This document shows positions 1 to 12,299 of a stretch of 64,000 nt of DNA, piece by piece. Below the pieces are notes generated by a model. It was not told where the DNA came from and ran no database searches. It worked only from the letters and a program-made list of their open reading frames with translations. The position numbers and the translations under genes were made by a program. The DNA is from Coniocarpon cinnabarinum (Eukaryota), in NCBI GenBank assembly GCA_051942205.1, contig JAVECO010000079.1, forward strand, positions 1-64,000. Direction: 5' to 3'. Position 1 is the stretch's first letter. Every line of letters starts with the position of its first letter.

Positions 1-2373
1 GTCCATACCCCTCATCGCCCTCCCCCGCGTAACTCTCCACTTCTCTGAGGTCGCGACTCAAGTCAATGCCCCGTTCCCCGACGACGCGTCCCAAGACTCT
101 CACCGCGTCAGCCTGCCGTCGACTCAGCACACTGCCCGAGCTATCGAGGACTTGTAGGAGACGGGGGAGGGAGGAAATCATGACGGCGCTGTCAGGGGAG
201 GGGTTGATGGATGCAAGTGCCAGAGCGGCGCTGAGGGCGATGTGCGTTAGTGACCAGGTCCGCAACGGCAGGGCGGAGATGCCGGCGAAGTCCAGGTACA
301 GTTGGAGGGTTGTGGCGTAGGTGTTTGTGAGGGAGCGGCCTTGTCATTGTCAGCTTTAGGATTGATGCGAAAATGGGGTTGAATCAGATAAGGTGGTGGG
401 AGGTGTAATTATATCAGTGTCAGGGAGATGCCGTTGTCTCAGTGTCAACAGGCGCTACCGTCATCAAGACTTGCACCAAAATAGCAAGAAAGGACGAGAG
501 GGAGACATACCAGCCGAAGTATCTTGGTTTTCAATACTCAAGCCCCGCTCCCCGAGGACCGGCCTCGCCACCAGCGCTGAAACATAGCTTGCATGCAAAC
601 GAAGCATATAATGCTCATACCGATCACGAATACTCTTGCAATTGGCAATTTCCGCCAGCTTAAACCTCCTCAATAGATTATCCAGCTGGTGCTCAAAATG
701 CGGCAGATGGTCCGGATGGAGAAACGGTTGTTGCTCCGGTCCGTGCGGAGTTCGGCGCGGCGGCGCAACAGCCGGATCCGGAATCAAAGCGTAGAGCTGT
801 GCGAGCATTTCAGGGAGGTCAAGGCCAGAAGAGAAGGGCGCTTCGTCGACGTGACGTTGGAGGGCGCTGAGGTGGGCGGGGGTGCAGCTGTGGAGGTAGG
901 TGGAGATGATGGTGTCGGAGAGGGCGGAGTTGAGAGATGTGGCGCGACTGGATGATGGGCGTGAGATTGTGGGTGTTAGTAGAGAGTGGGGACGTGAGAC
1001 GTACTTTGGAGGTGAGCGGAGGCTGGTGTCTATGCATTGGCCGTTTTGATGTGGCGGTGGGGATAGTTCAAGGAGTTGCGAGAGACGTGTTGCAGTGCCT
1101 GCGTGATTGTCAGTCAATGTGTCCAAATCTGGGGCTCTTCCACTGTGCTCGAGGATCGTTCGCAACATTGAGGCAGTATGTTTAGCTCATGCGCAACCAC
1201 ATGGAGCGTTGGAATAGGGATAGCCAAGCGAACAAGGCTTCTCGAGCGCTCATGTCGAGATTTCGATCCATGGTGGATAACTGCTGATAAGAACTTACCA
1301 ATGACAGTCCAAGCCAGAGAAGGTTGATGCTCATTAAGTAGTTCCTGTGATAGAAGTAATAGGGTCTCAATCGTTTCCGTCGTGGGCCTCAACATGTAAT
1401 TGGCCAGCTGCAAGCACCTGAAAGATTTGCGCACATAATCTTGGGCAACGTTCGCCTGTAGCACAGGATCTGAGTCCTCGACCCGTGAACCTGTCGCAAG
1501 CACCGCCAGCAGCCGAGCGAGTCGGGTCAGCTCGAGCTCTGCTCCTGGATTGGTTTCACCGAATCGATCTCGGATCTGCGGTGTCTCCATCTCCGTGAGC
1601 AGGACGCATGCTTGAGACTCGAACACATCACAGTCGAGCGTGACCGGGTTGATGAAGTGCGGACCGTTGTTTTTGTATGTGCCAATGTATCTAATACCTG
1701 TGAGTCAAGCCCTTCCGCCGCGGAGTCAGGTGACTTACTTGAGCAGGTCTCGTTTCTGGGGCAGGAGGTCTGCCACCGCCAGCCATCGAGCCTCTTCCTC
1801 CGTCTTGGGCGCGATCATGGACACTGAGGTACGATGCGCGCGAGGGGGGTTATACTCAGGTGGTCCGTAGTCGACCGTCATGCGCGCCTGCGGTGGAGAC
1901 ATGGTGTATGCCTCTTCATTGCCAGGCGCAGGGACGTAGCCTCCATTACTCGCGGCCGGCGTCGAGCGAAAGGTGGATTGAAAGGCCTCGAACTTGGGTC
2001 TCTTGTCACGATGGCCATCACGACCGCCGGGATCAGAAGCCCGATGCGACAAGCGGTCCTTCTGCGACTTGACCTCACACAGATGCGGCTGATCGCGTTT
2101 GAGACAGTTGGAGCACGGGTTCTTGACGTCGCGATCACACTTAACCTTACGTTTAGCGCAGGGAAAGCATGCAGAGCTGTGGCGGGTGCGCTCCTTGGGA
2201 GGATGGAGAGAAGAAGCTGTGACGGGCTTGGGCTCGGGAGGAAGCGCGGGAGTCTGGCTGAGGCTCTGTGATTGGTGCGCGGCGTGGACTGGGCCATACT
2301 GCGACTCGGGCGGAGGATACTGCGTGTTCTGCGCCTGGAACTGGTGCGCTGGGGCAGCCGGGGGCGTCTCCAT
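1..2373 (-). CDS. Zn(II)2Cys6 fungal transcription factor with fungal TF middle-homology region; multi-exon, 3' end runs off the left edge
   Basis: The ORF at 1735-2373 has CFPCAKRKVKCDRDVKNPCSNCLKRDQPHLC. There is a GT-AG intron at 1698-1738. Later exons give middle-homology-like segments (CLQLANYMLRPTTETIETLLLL, CKSIRDRYEHYMLRLHASY, LPLRTWSLTHIALSAAL). The frame is still open at position 1. Confidence 0.85.
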
Positions 2374-3073
2374 GGTCTTTGCGCGCGGAGGTGCAGGCGC
2401 TTCAGCAGCGATGCAGGATTGTCGAAAGAGAAGAGGAACGACGCGTTTTGGAGAATGGGGGGGGCAGGCAGGGAAGGAAGGGCGACGGCGACGGAGAGCG
2501 TGCTCGGCGGTCCGGGGCTAGGGACTGATCCAGGACTAATCCAGTACCGCTCCAGTGTGTAAGGTAGGTAGGTAGTGGGCGGGTGGTGAGTGGTAGGACT
2601 ACATCTGTTGCTGCTGGGACTGCTGCGGTTGCTGACACACGGTGCTTTTTGCGCGCTCGGGGACCTCGGCCTTTGACAGCGGCCTCCTCGCTAGCTTGAC
2701 GGCGTCTTGGTGTTGGTGTGGCGCTGGCTGTGGGGTGGTACACGTTGCTGCCGAGCGCGGATCTGCCGGTGAGAGAAAAGGGAGGGAAAGAGCGTGGACA
2801 GGTGTGAGGGTGAGGGTGAGTATGAAGGAGAGGGCGGAACAGGGAGAGGAAGGTATGCAGATGCTGGGGAAAGAAGATGTGGTCACGCTGTTTGGACGAA
2901 GGAAAAAGGACGACGAGTCGGTGGTCGCATTTAGCAAAGCGGAAGAGCCGAGATGAGCGTGACTCGAAGATCCGGGCGGTGGTGAAGCAGGTGGAGGAGC
3001 GCGATGCATCAGCGACGTGCGTCTACCATCTATCTATCGTCAACTGTCTGGCGTCTGGCGGGAATGCCGGCTA

Positions 3074-3819
3074 TGCTGCTGCTGCTGCTGCTGCTGCTGC
3101 GGTGCCTACTTCGTCGCACTATCCTCCGCCCCTCCTTCACTCCTACACTCCTGCGCACTACACAATACACAATACGCACTCCTCCGCTCCTCGACGCTCC
3201 ACCGCGCTAGTGAGCATGGATCCATACCTTACCTTACCTACCCTCCGTGCCCTCGTACTCGCGGCGTCACGGCGTCTCTCTGCCCTACGATCTGCCTCTC
3301 GGGCCCACCTGCCATCGGGTGGCTCCTGTGGCTGCTGCTGCTGCTGCTGCTCCTGCATGCGCTGACGGCACCGATGGCCATTGATATCGCCCGCTGCCGG
3401 GGCCCAACACGCCACGTCTATTCCGAGTCAAGGGGCAGCCCCCGCCCCCCGTCCGCACCGCCGGGGCCGCAGTCAGCAGTGTCCGCAGTGATGACGGGGC
3501 TTGGGGGACGTGAGAGAGTGTGTGTCTGCACGGACGCGAGAAGCGTGTGCTGCGGACGGTGCTGTACCTACAAGGAGTCCCGACCGATCTGCATGGCTGC
3601 GTGCCGGGTCTCGGCTGCGGCGTACTTGGGTACTTTGGGTGCAGGGGGCGCTCGCCGCTCGTGCTCCTCCGCGTCCTTTTCGCTGAGACGTGCGCGATCG
3701 ACTCATCGCTCTCCTGTACCCGGTGGACCAAGCGGCCGCATCTGCTGCTGCTGCTGCTGCTGCACCTGCGGCCGGGCCCTTGTCTGGTCACGCACGCACG
3801 CACGAACGCACGCACGCAC
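3074..3819. repeat. Cluster of microsatellites: (TGC)9 at 3074-3100, (GCT)7 at 3331-3351, (CTG)7 at 3742-3762, imperfect (GCAC)n at ~3789-3819
   Basis: Read directly from the sequence, upstream of the Zn2Cys6 gene. Confidence 0.9.
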
Positions 3820-4140
3820 CCCCTCGTCGTCGGAGTTGCAGCGCCGATACCTCGCACTGCGCCATGCGTCTGCCTTCTTGCTTAAGAAGAGGAGCGATAT
3901 ATGTACTGCCGAGGGAGCGGTACCAGTATACTTTGTCCCGGCCCGCCAAAACCCTTCCCCAAGTCCGCCAGCCCGCCAGTCCGCTTCCAGCATGCCGAAA
4001 TGGTTCCGAGAAAACCGTCTCCCTCGCTTGCTTCCGATTTCCGCAGAGGCTCAAGCGGCTGAAAATGACCGAAGCCTCGCACCAACAACGCCACGCGCCA
4101 AACAAACATATGGTGACATTCCATTCATCGAAAAACGTCG

Positions 4141-6008
4141 CTACATACTGTCAGATCCAATCATCCGGTGTGGCAGCAGCGCCGCAAAGATCACACAGCC
4201 AAACGTCACACCGCCCGCCAGGTACAAGACGTGGTTCCACTGACTCAGCGTCGGTGACTCTCCGGGCGGCGTCGTGAGGAGGTGCTGTGCAATCAGCGGA
4301 CTGACGATGCTGAACAGCCGTCCCCAGAACGATGCCAGGCCACACGCCGTCCCGCGAATCGGCGCCGGAAACGCCTCGGGCGTCCAGCCGTACAGCACCG
4401 CGTTGAACATGCTCTGGAAAAAGTACTCCATCACGTTCAAGCCAATGTTCGAGTTGTAGCTGTTGATCGTCGCGAACAGGAACAGGCTGACCCCCATCAT
4501 CGCCGAGGCGCCCACCATCGTTATCTGCCGGCCCAGCCGGGTGAGCTCGTAGCACAGCACGCCCGCCAGAACTCCGGCAATGCCCGGCAGGTAGATCCAC
4601 ACGTATGATCGATACGTCGCCTTCAGGCTCAACGCCCCCGCCGCCGAGTTCTTCGCCGCCACAATCTGCGGCAGGAAGTACTGCGCCACCGTGAAACCCC
4701 AATAATCGCAGATGTAGATGAGAAAGATGAGCGTCGTCAGCCGTGTCATCGTCCAGGTTTCAAAGAGGAGCTTGTATCGCGCGAGCTCCAATTTGACCTT
4801 CTCCCATGTGGTGGCTTGCAGCTGCTTGGAGCCTCCGCCCAGCATGCCCGTGCCGCTCCCCAGGGAATCTTGTTCCGTCGTCAGAGCCTCAAATGTTGCC
4901 AAAGTCACCTTTGACTCTTGCTTGTTGAACTTCGCGATCTTCTGCAACACGGTGGCTGCCTTCTCGTCTTGGCCTCGGTATAGTAGATATTTCGGGGACT
5001 CTTGGAACCGGAAAACAACAAACCGGAGAATGAAGACAAACATAGTAATTGACCCAACCGTTAGCACCAAGTAGCGCCAGCCCCAATTATTCTCCCTCCT
5101 GCAACACGGTTGTCCAGCCGGGGTGGTGTTGCACGAAGGGAGCGCATCGTCTTGCAAGAAGTCCGGCTTGCAGCCGTATTCGGGGACATAAGCGTATGCG
5201 AATGCAGACGTGATAACTACGCCAATAGGCTGAAAAAGAGAGAGGAAAGGCAAGAGGCGTCGATGCCGCTATACGGCCGAAATTAGTACGGCGTGTCGCA
5301 CTGGGTTCGGAGGCGAATTCGGGATTGCTGCTCACCTGTGGTATGAATTCTAAGGTGATAGTGGTGTCAATAGGAATATTTCCGCCCACGCCAAAGCCAA
5401 CGAATGCGGTGATCACCAGGAAAGTCTCATAGCTCTGAGATCCTGCCAGAGCCAGACCAAAAACCGAGGAGAACATGACGGTCATGTTAAACGCCCACTG
5501 TCGACCTATGTGCTCATGAGTATTTCCCGTGTATAGTTCGTGAGAGAGCAGGCATACCGATGATGTCGACCAGGATGCCCCAAAAAGCGGCGCCTACAGA
5601 CAAGTCAGGAAAGGTGAGTGTCTTACCACCTCGAACAGTACAGACCAGCAGTAAGTCCTGCACTGAAGCTTGATTGAATGTTGCCGCTTTGGTCACCTAG
5701 TCGCGTGAGTCAAGCTTCTTGTTATGGCTTCAATGAATCCTCGTCTACCACATACTATTGAAGCCCAGCTCTTGCTGTAGCGGATTCACAATAAGACCAA
5801 AGCACTGAGCCCATAGCAAATCGAGCAAATAGCCGAAACCGCAGAGCCACCAGATCGCCCACTGGTATCGGCCCATGCCCATCCGGTCGATCTCTCTGTT
5901 GACAACGGCACATTTTCGTTCGTAAAGAGTGCCCTCCGTAGGTGGCGCAGGAGAGGATGAGCGACTGTGGACGCCCTCGAAGCCGCCCTCATCTGATTGC
6001 CGGCCCAT
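4141..6008 (-). CDS. MFS transporter (SV2/SVOP-like sugar-porter relative), multi-exon
   Basis: Exons encode DRMGMGRYQWAIWWLCGFGY, GAAFWGILVDIIG-R, GFGVGGNIPID, WRY, FQESPKYL and YGWTPEAFPAPIRGTACG, plus several hydrophobic helices. Confidence 0.9.
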
Positions 6009-8289
6009 CGCGGCCAGTAATAGAAAACCGAGTCCTCGAAGAACGTCGAAGGAGGGGAATGTGGATGTGGCGTGCTAAGAGATGGTGGTACAGCACGCTG
6101 TTCAACCACAGACTGGCTCGGCAGAAGTTCAGGAGCAAAGGTCACACAAGGGAATGACGGCGAAGATAAGGAGGCGGGCCATGGTAGGACTAAGGTGAGG
6201 TAGTGTTATATGCGGAGTCAGAGACTGCACGAGCTTGTGTTGGAGAGCTTGCCCATTGAAGCAGAGCAAGATACATTACCTCACCGCCCGCCGCTATCGT
6301 CCAGATCCGCTAGACCCGCTCTGAAACTGCTCCTCTCATTGGCTCATCTCGCGTACCCACAAAACTTTACCGCACGTGACGCGATCGTCTTCAGCTTCTC
6401 GTCCAAGATCTTGTCTGAGACAGGTCTCCCGTGCCGACACGCGCCATCATGTGGAGGTTGCACAATTGTCTTACATCCAGTCCCTCGCTTATCCGATCCC
6501 TCTGCACAGCACCGGTGGCCAGCTCACCGCCGCGAAGCTCGCCTCCTGTCTTGTGCTCGATACAGATTTTTACATACAGCTTTCGAAATGTCACTTCTCA
6601 CCCTGTCAAAGTCTTTCAATGAGCACGCAACATCTCTGACTTGTCGCCGATGCACCTGTCTTGGGAAAGTCGGATATCTCCTTTCCAATGAAGAGGTCTA
6701 TATCTCTGAAGAGTGGAGTCTGCCACGCGAAAAATACAAGGTTATCAATGTCAGTATTTCGACGAGGTTTCCCACTGCACGTGATCTCTTGTCAAGAAAA
6801 AAGAGCATCCAGATCAGTCCTAAAATGGATGACACAAGAGCAGACCATCACACAGGCGTTGCGTTTCGTGCCCTGCCGAGCAGAGCAGACAATACAATTC
6901 AGCTTCACAGGCCAGCTGCACAAGCCAGATGCTCGGGCGCATGACGGGGCGACACAGATCTGAGAACATTGCGCGCGAGTGTGCCTTCATGGGACACAAC
7001 GATGTTTGTCGGATCGACCCCGAAAACTTCACGCTGCAACGGAAGCACATTTCTGGCTCGTTCCTGACATCCGTTGATCTGCATGCCATTATAATTGTGT
7101 CAAGCTTGCTTCGCTTTGGGTGGGGAGCTCTTAGGATGGTCTGGTGAGAACCCTTGTTATTCTCCCTTGGCCAGATCGCTGGCAGAAACACCAGCCTCTG
7201 TCTGGTTACGATGCCCAATCCATCAGCGTACGCAGTATCGTCGATTGTTCGCATTGTTGCGTTGCTTTTCCGGCGCAAACAGCTGATGTTTGGGGTAACA
7301 CATATGCTTCTGTCAACGCCAATGGCAGAGCGCCTTGCTGCGCGCAGCGGCTGTGCACACCGGCAGCGCAAAGCGAAAAGGCAAGTGTCGAGTAAGTATG
7401 CATGTGTGGACAGGATCTAGAGCTTGCAGGTGAGAGAGGTGGCAGCGGTACAGCGCAGATCACACCTGACAACTGCTATACCATGCATGAATTTCACCCT
7501 TCCCCACAGCACTAACCCCACGAATTGTCAACTTCCGGCTAGGCGGGGCTCTGAGGCTTGTAAAATTCCATGTAACAAGGCAGGGATCTGATTAAAGTAG
7601 GACCCTGGCCCCAAGTCACTTTTGCATAGCGCCGCATTCTCTAGCGACGGATAATTGTCAAAGAGCTCGATCTCAAACAGTGCAATCTTACCATGGCATA
7701 CGATGGCCACTTCGCCATCGATGTCAACCTCTCTTCCTTTTTCTTGCCGTTGCTTAAAATATCAGACCTCGTCTGTGATCGTTCTGGTCGCATTCTAAAT
7801 CAAACAAAGTTTGACACACCCCGAGTGCTCAGTCATGGCGACAAGGATAACGCTTGGTACAGTCAACTTACTAGACTTTTGCAAGGTATCGTACAGCCTA
7901 GCTGCCTTTTGGTATTAGGTTGCCGCCGCCGCTGCAGGAAGTCATCTGCCCTTCGAAGGTACGCGCTTGACGCTGTCTCATTTCTGCGTTTGCTGCAGGG
8001 ACTTCCAAGATTCCGCTGGCAACCTGGATGGCCTGTCACCTAGGATCTCATGAGCACGCTGTGGCTTGGAAGGGTCTCGGGAGAGACTTGACGACGTAGC
8101 TAGGCGCAGTAACACTGAGTGCGTAGGTGCGGCGAAAAGGAAGTTCTTCGAGGACCACATAGTCAGTGCTACCGCAAGCATGGATTTTGAGGTCCACTGA
8201 CAGAGACACCTTCCATAAACTTGCTCGTCACTGTGATTGCATTGACACGGGTTGCCGCTGCGAATCTCGAACGCACGCCAGCCTTTTGG

Positions 8290-8297
8290 ATATATAA
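8290..8297 (+). promoter_or_regulatory. Probable TATA box of the cellobiohydrolase gene
   Basis: ATATATAA lies ~115 bp upstream of the ATG at 8410. Confidence 0.6.
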
Positions 8298-8409
8298 GTA
8301 TGATCTCCTTTCAGATTGAACCAAATCTTGCATTCGAGCATAGCATCTTCAGAAGCATAGCAACTATCAACACTCACTGAGAACAACACTCCTTGGTCTT
8401 TCTTTCACC

Positions 8410-9846
8410 ATGCAAGACAAACTTGCACTTTTCTCCCTCGTTGCTGCGGCGGCTCGCGCCCAGCAAGTGGGCACCAACACACCTGAGACCCATCCTCAGT
8501 TGCAGACCCAGACCTGCACAGCTTCGGGATGCACAAACTCGCAGAACTCCGTCGTCCTGGACGCCAACTGGCGCTGGGTCCACAGCACCAGCGGATACAC
8601 CAACTGCTACACCGGCAACACCTGGGACGCGTCTCTCTGCCCAGACGCCACCACTTGTGCGGCCAACTGCGCTCTTGATGGCGCTGACTACTCCGGCACC
8701 TACGGTATCACGACCAGCGGCAACGCCCTGACCCTCAAGTTGAAGACTGGCACTAACGTCGGCAGCCGTGTCTATCTTGTATGTTGAAAGTACTTTGTCA
8801 TTTTCACGTTCTCCTTTGCTCACCCGTCACCGTAGATGAACTCTGCCAACAGCGGCTACCAAGAATTCAACCTCCTCAACAAGGAGTTCACCTTCGACGT
8901 GGACGTCAGCCAGCTCCCATGCGGTCTCAACGGCGCTCTCTACTTCGTCAACATGGACGCCGACGGTGGGATGGCCCGCTTCCCAACCAACAAGGCTGGC
9001 GCCAAGTACGGTACTGGCTACTGTGACTCGCAATGTCCTCAGGACATCAAGTTCATCAACGGCAAGGCCAACAACGTCGGCTGGACGCCCGACAGCAACA
9101 GCGCCAACACGGGCAAGGGCCAGACCGGTTCCTGCTGCCCGGAGATGGACATCTGGGAGGCCAACTCCATCTCCCAGGCGCTGACGCCGCACCCCTGCGG
9201 CTCGACGCTCCAGCAGACCGCCTGCACGGTGGGCACCAACTGCGGTGGCAACTCGGGCGACGCGCGCTACAGCTCGCTCTGCGACCCCGACGGGTGCGAC
9301 TACAACCCCTACCGCCTGGGCAACACGTCGTTCTACGGCGCGGGTAAGACGCTCAACACCCAGCAGAAGATGACCGTCGTCACGCAGTTCATCACGGCCG
9401 GCAACAGCGACACCGGCGCCCTGAGCGAGATCCGCCGCCTCTACGTCCAGAACGGCCGCGTCATCGAGCAAAGCAAGGTCAACGTCCCCGGCATCACCGC
9501 GGGCAACAACGACAACTCCATCGACGCCGGCTTCTGCTCCTCCCAGAAGTCCGTCTTCGGTGACTCCACCAGCTTCTCGGACAAGGGTGGCCTCGCCGCC
9601 ATGGGCAACGCCTTCGGCAAGGGCATGGTCCTCGTCATGAGTTTGTGGGATGACTACTTCGCCAACATGCTCTGGCTCGACAGCACTTACCCCACTGACG
9701 CTGCTCCCAGCACCCCCGGCGTTGCCCGCGGTACTTGTGCCACCACCAGTGGCAAGCCCACTGACGTCGAGTCGCAGAACGGCAACAGCCAGGTCACCTT
9801 CAGCAACATCAAGTTCGGCACCATTGGCTCGACCTACGCGCATTAG
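8410..9846 (+). CDS. cbh1: Secreted GH7 cellobiohydrolase I, catalytic domain only (no linker or CBM1)
   Basis: A signal peptide is followed by [33 protein letters not shown], catalytic EMDIWE and [20 protein letters not shown]. The phase-0 intron is at 8779-8835. The protein ends IGSTYAH*. Confidence 0.97.
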
Positions 9847-9878
9847 AAGGGATTGGAAGCGCTTCTTCAAATTGTTCA

Positions 9879-9907
9879 TTGATGGCATTGATGGCATTGA
9901 TGGCATT
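9879..9907 (+). repeat. Tandem 9-mer (GATGGCATT)x3 in the cbh1 3' region
   Basis: Seen directly. Confidence 0.85.
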
Positions 9908-10175
9908 TTTTTAGGCATTAGTTTGGTGTGAGACATTCGTTTGAATTCAGGCATTTCTTCATTGACATGTTTTACCTCTCTTTGCTCCTCTTTGGAGTCT
10001 CTTCCGTCTACGTGAACGTGAATCTGGCATTGCTCTGCTCGACCTTCGCTTCGGACGTGCATAATCACCTTAGCTAGGTCTGAAATGTGGCAGAACTCCT
10101 CAGTCGTGCAGACAGTGCCTTCGTACAAGCCTCACAACAAGGGATGATAGGAACTCGGGAGCCCGTACATCTCCA

Positions 10176-11606
10176 TCAGCTCCCACTCGGATCCCCAATG
10201 CCACCACTCCCAATCACGTACGTCGCCTCCCTCTCCGGCATGTCCGGACTATCATTCACCTTTGCGACTCTCTCATCGCCTCGTCCCTTCCTCAATGCAA
10301 CTCTCGTCGCACTCGCATGGGCCAAAACATGTCCACCCACAGGCTTTGGGCCAGAGGCGAACAACGCACTCGCGCCCGGATCCGACTGCACTTGATTCGT
10401 GATCACAACGGCTACATTGAACTCGCTCGCAATGTTCTCGAGACGGCGCAGGAACTGTGCGAGCTTCTGTTGTCGCTCGGCGAGCTCGCCGCGGCCGGCG
10501 TAGTCGACGCGGAAGTTGGAGATGATGCTGTCGACGATGAGGAGGCGGTAGGCGTTGTTGGTGAAGGACGCAGAGAGGGTGTTGAGGAGGTCGGCTTGGT
10601 GCTCGGAGTTGACGGCGCGAGCATATGAAATATTTTCGAGGGTGGTGTCGGGGTCCACTAGGCTCAAGTCAGTTGCCTATTTGTATCGAATGAGATGTGG
10701 ACAACATTGGTGGATGAGCAAGCACGGGAAGGAGGTGGGATCGAAACGCACTCTCGAATCGCTCGGCAATCTGCTGAATCCGCTCAGGTCGAAATGTGCC
10801 TTCGGTGTCGACGTACGCAGCTTTACCAGCGCCGCCTCCTTGCTCTCGTGGTAGCTGAGCGGTAACGCATAGGGTATGGCAGATCTGGGTCTTGCCGCAT
10901 CCTTGGACCGTCAGCTTTGCGCAGAACAGCTGGGTCGGTGCTACAAGCCCATACGATATTCCCCAAATATCTACTGTCACGTTAGCGTCGTCATCCCAGT
11001 CATTGCTAGAGATAGCTTACCTCACTTATGCTGCTCGTCTGAAATCCACCACCGAGGATGGCGTCGAATTGCTTACTGCCTGTGCTGATCTTACAGACTC
11101 GCTTGCGTTGCTGACCAAGCTGCTGCGCAGACATGAAGCCATTTGCGATCTCAGGTGTCTAGGATCTGGTCAGGGCCGTGGAAGGGCAGTTTGAGCGAGA
11201 CTTCCGAGGCTGTGAAGATCTCACGAGCTGCTTAGTGATTGCCTCCTTGACTTTCTCGACCTTGGCTTCAGAGAAGCCCTTGATCTTAGACAGCTGTCGT
11301 CGGGTTGCTGAATGGACTGACTGCGAAGATGGTAAGTAGATGAGTCGGGCAGGCGACGTGGGCAGCGTACGGCAACGGTGTAGAAACCATTGGCTTTGAG
11401 CTTAGTGATGTCTGCAGCGCCAACACCTATTCAAAGTTTCCGTCAGAATATCCGGCGTTGCAATGCGTGACAAGGACTTGCCATGAGCTTGTATGGAATC
11501 AATGTCGACAATGAAGACGTCCTGTTGCCTGTCAACAAGTAGATTGAAAGTCAAATGATAGTTGACTTGCGTCGTCCAGGTCGTCGCTTGCGTTTGAGGC
11601 GGTCAT
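10176..11606 (-). CDS. DMC1: Meiosis-specific recombinase Dmc1 (8 exons, including a 16-nt micro-exon)
   Basis: The spliced product reads [49 protein letters not shown], Walker [23 protein letters not shown], and the Dmc1-type [13 protein letters not shown]...[15 protein letters not shown]. Confidence 0.95.
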
Positions 11607-12299
11607 GGAGTCGGCTTGAAAGTATGCACCACAAGAAGATATGTATGGCAGGACCGGATGCTCATGCAGATGTTGCAGAAGAAATATTGTTCAATGGAGC
11701 GAATCAAAACATGTGCATAAGATGAAGTTTCGCTGTGAACTGACGAGGATGTCATCAAATCAACGGGAGGTTGAATTGCAAATGGGAGTCCTGCATCATT
11801 GGCAGGCAGCAACTGCTCTTCACCGCCTTTTCGATATAAATGCAGTATCTGTTATACAAAGGACCACACAGACTGAATCCGGTTAGGTTTGGGTGAGTAA
11901 AAGTAATGTCTATTGCCTAGATTACTTGTAAGCTATATCGTGAAGATGCGATCGTTCGACAGGCACAATCTGCTCGAGCTCCTAGTTGCCGTAATCGACC
12001 CTCTCTATCGTCGTCAACTTCATGCAACACCGCGGAGACCTTGATCTCGCTGTTTCTCATGATTCGCTCTTGACTCCCTGTATCCAAATCGATCTATGAC
12101 TCACACCTCGTACTCTATAGCGCTTATCGGAGTTGCTCACCATCTTGGTTGTGTATGTTTTTGTGTGGACGAAGCGCCCACTTGGTCAATCTCGCGCGTC
12201 AACGCCGCCTCAAATCTTTGGACTAGGCCAGACGATATCGTACAAGCTCCGATGGTTGGCCATAGAGCACAGAGCGCTTTTGAGACTGCACAGATTGAA

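Noticed and set aside
3017..4243. 408-aa ORF with poly-Cys/poly-Leu tracts
   Set aside because: It is produced by (TGC)n microsatellites in GC-rich intergenic DNA, has a non-ATG start and overlaps the MFS gene antisense.
6210..8200. Several 60-244 aa ORFs between the MFS gene and cbh1, including a protein-like minus-strand stretch at ~7528-7760
   Set aside because: I could not build a coherent exon chain or recognise a domain. A decayed gene cannot be excluded without BLASTX.
8827..10128. 433-aa antisense ORF over cbh1
   Set aside because: It is a shadow ORF from strong C/G third-position bias and has no recognisable motifs.
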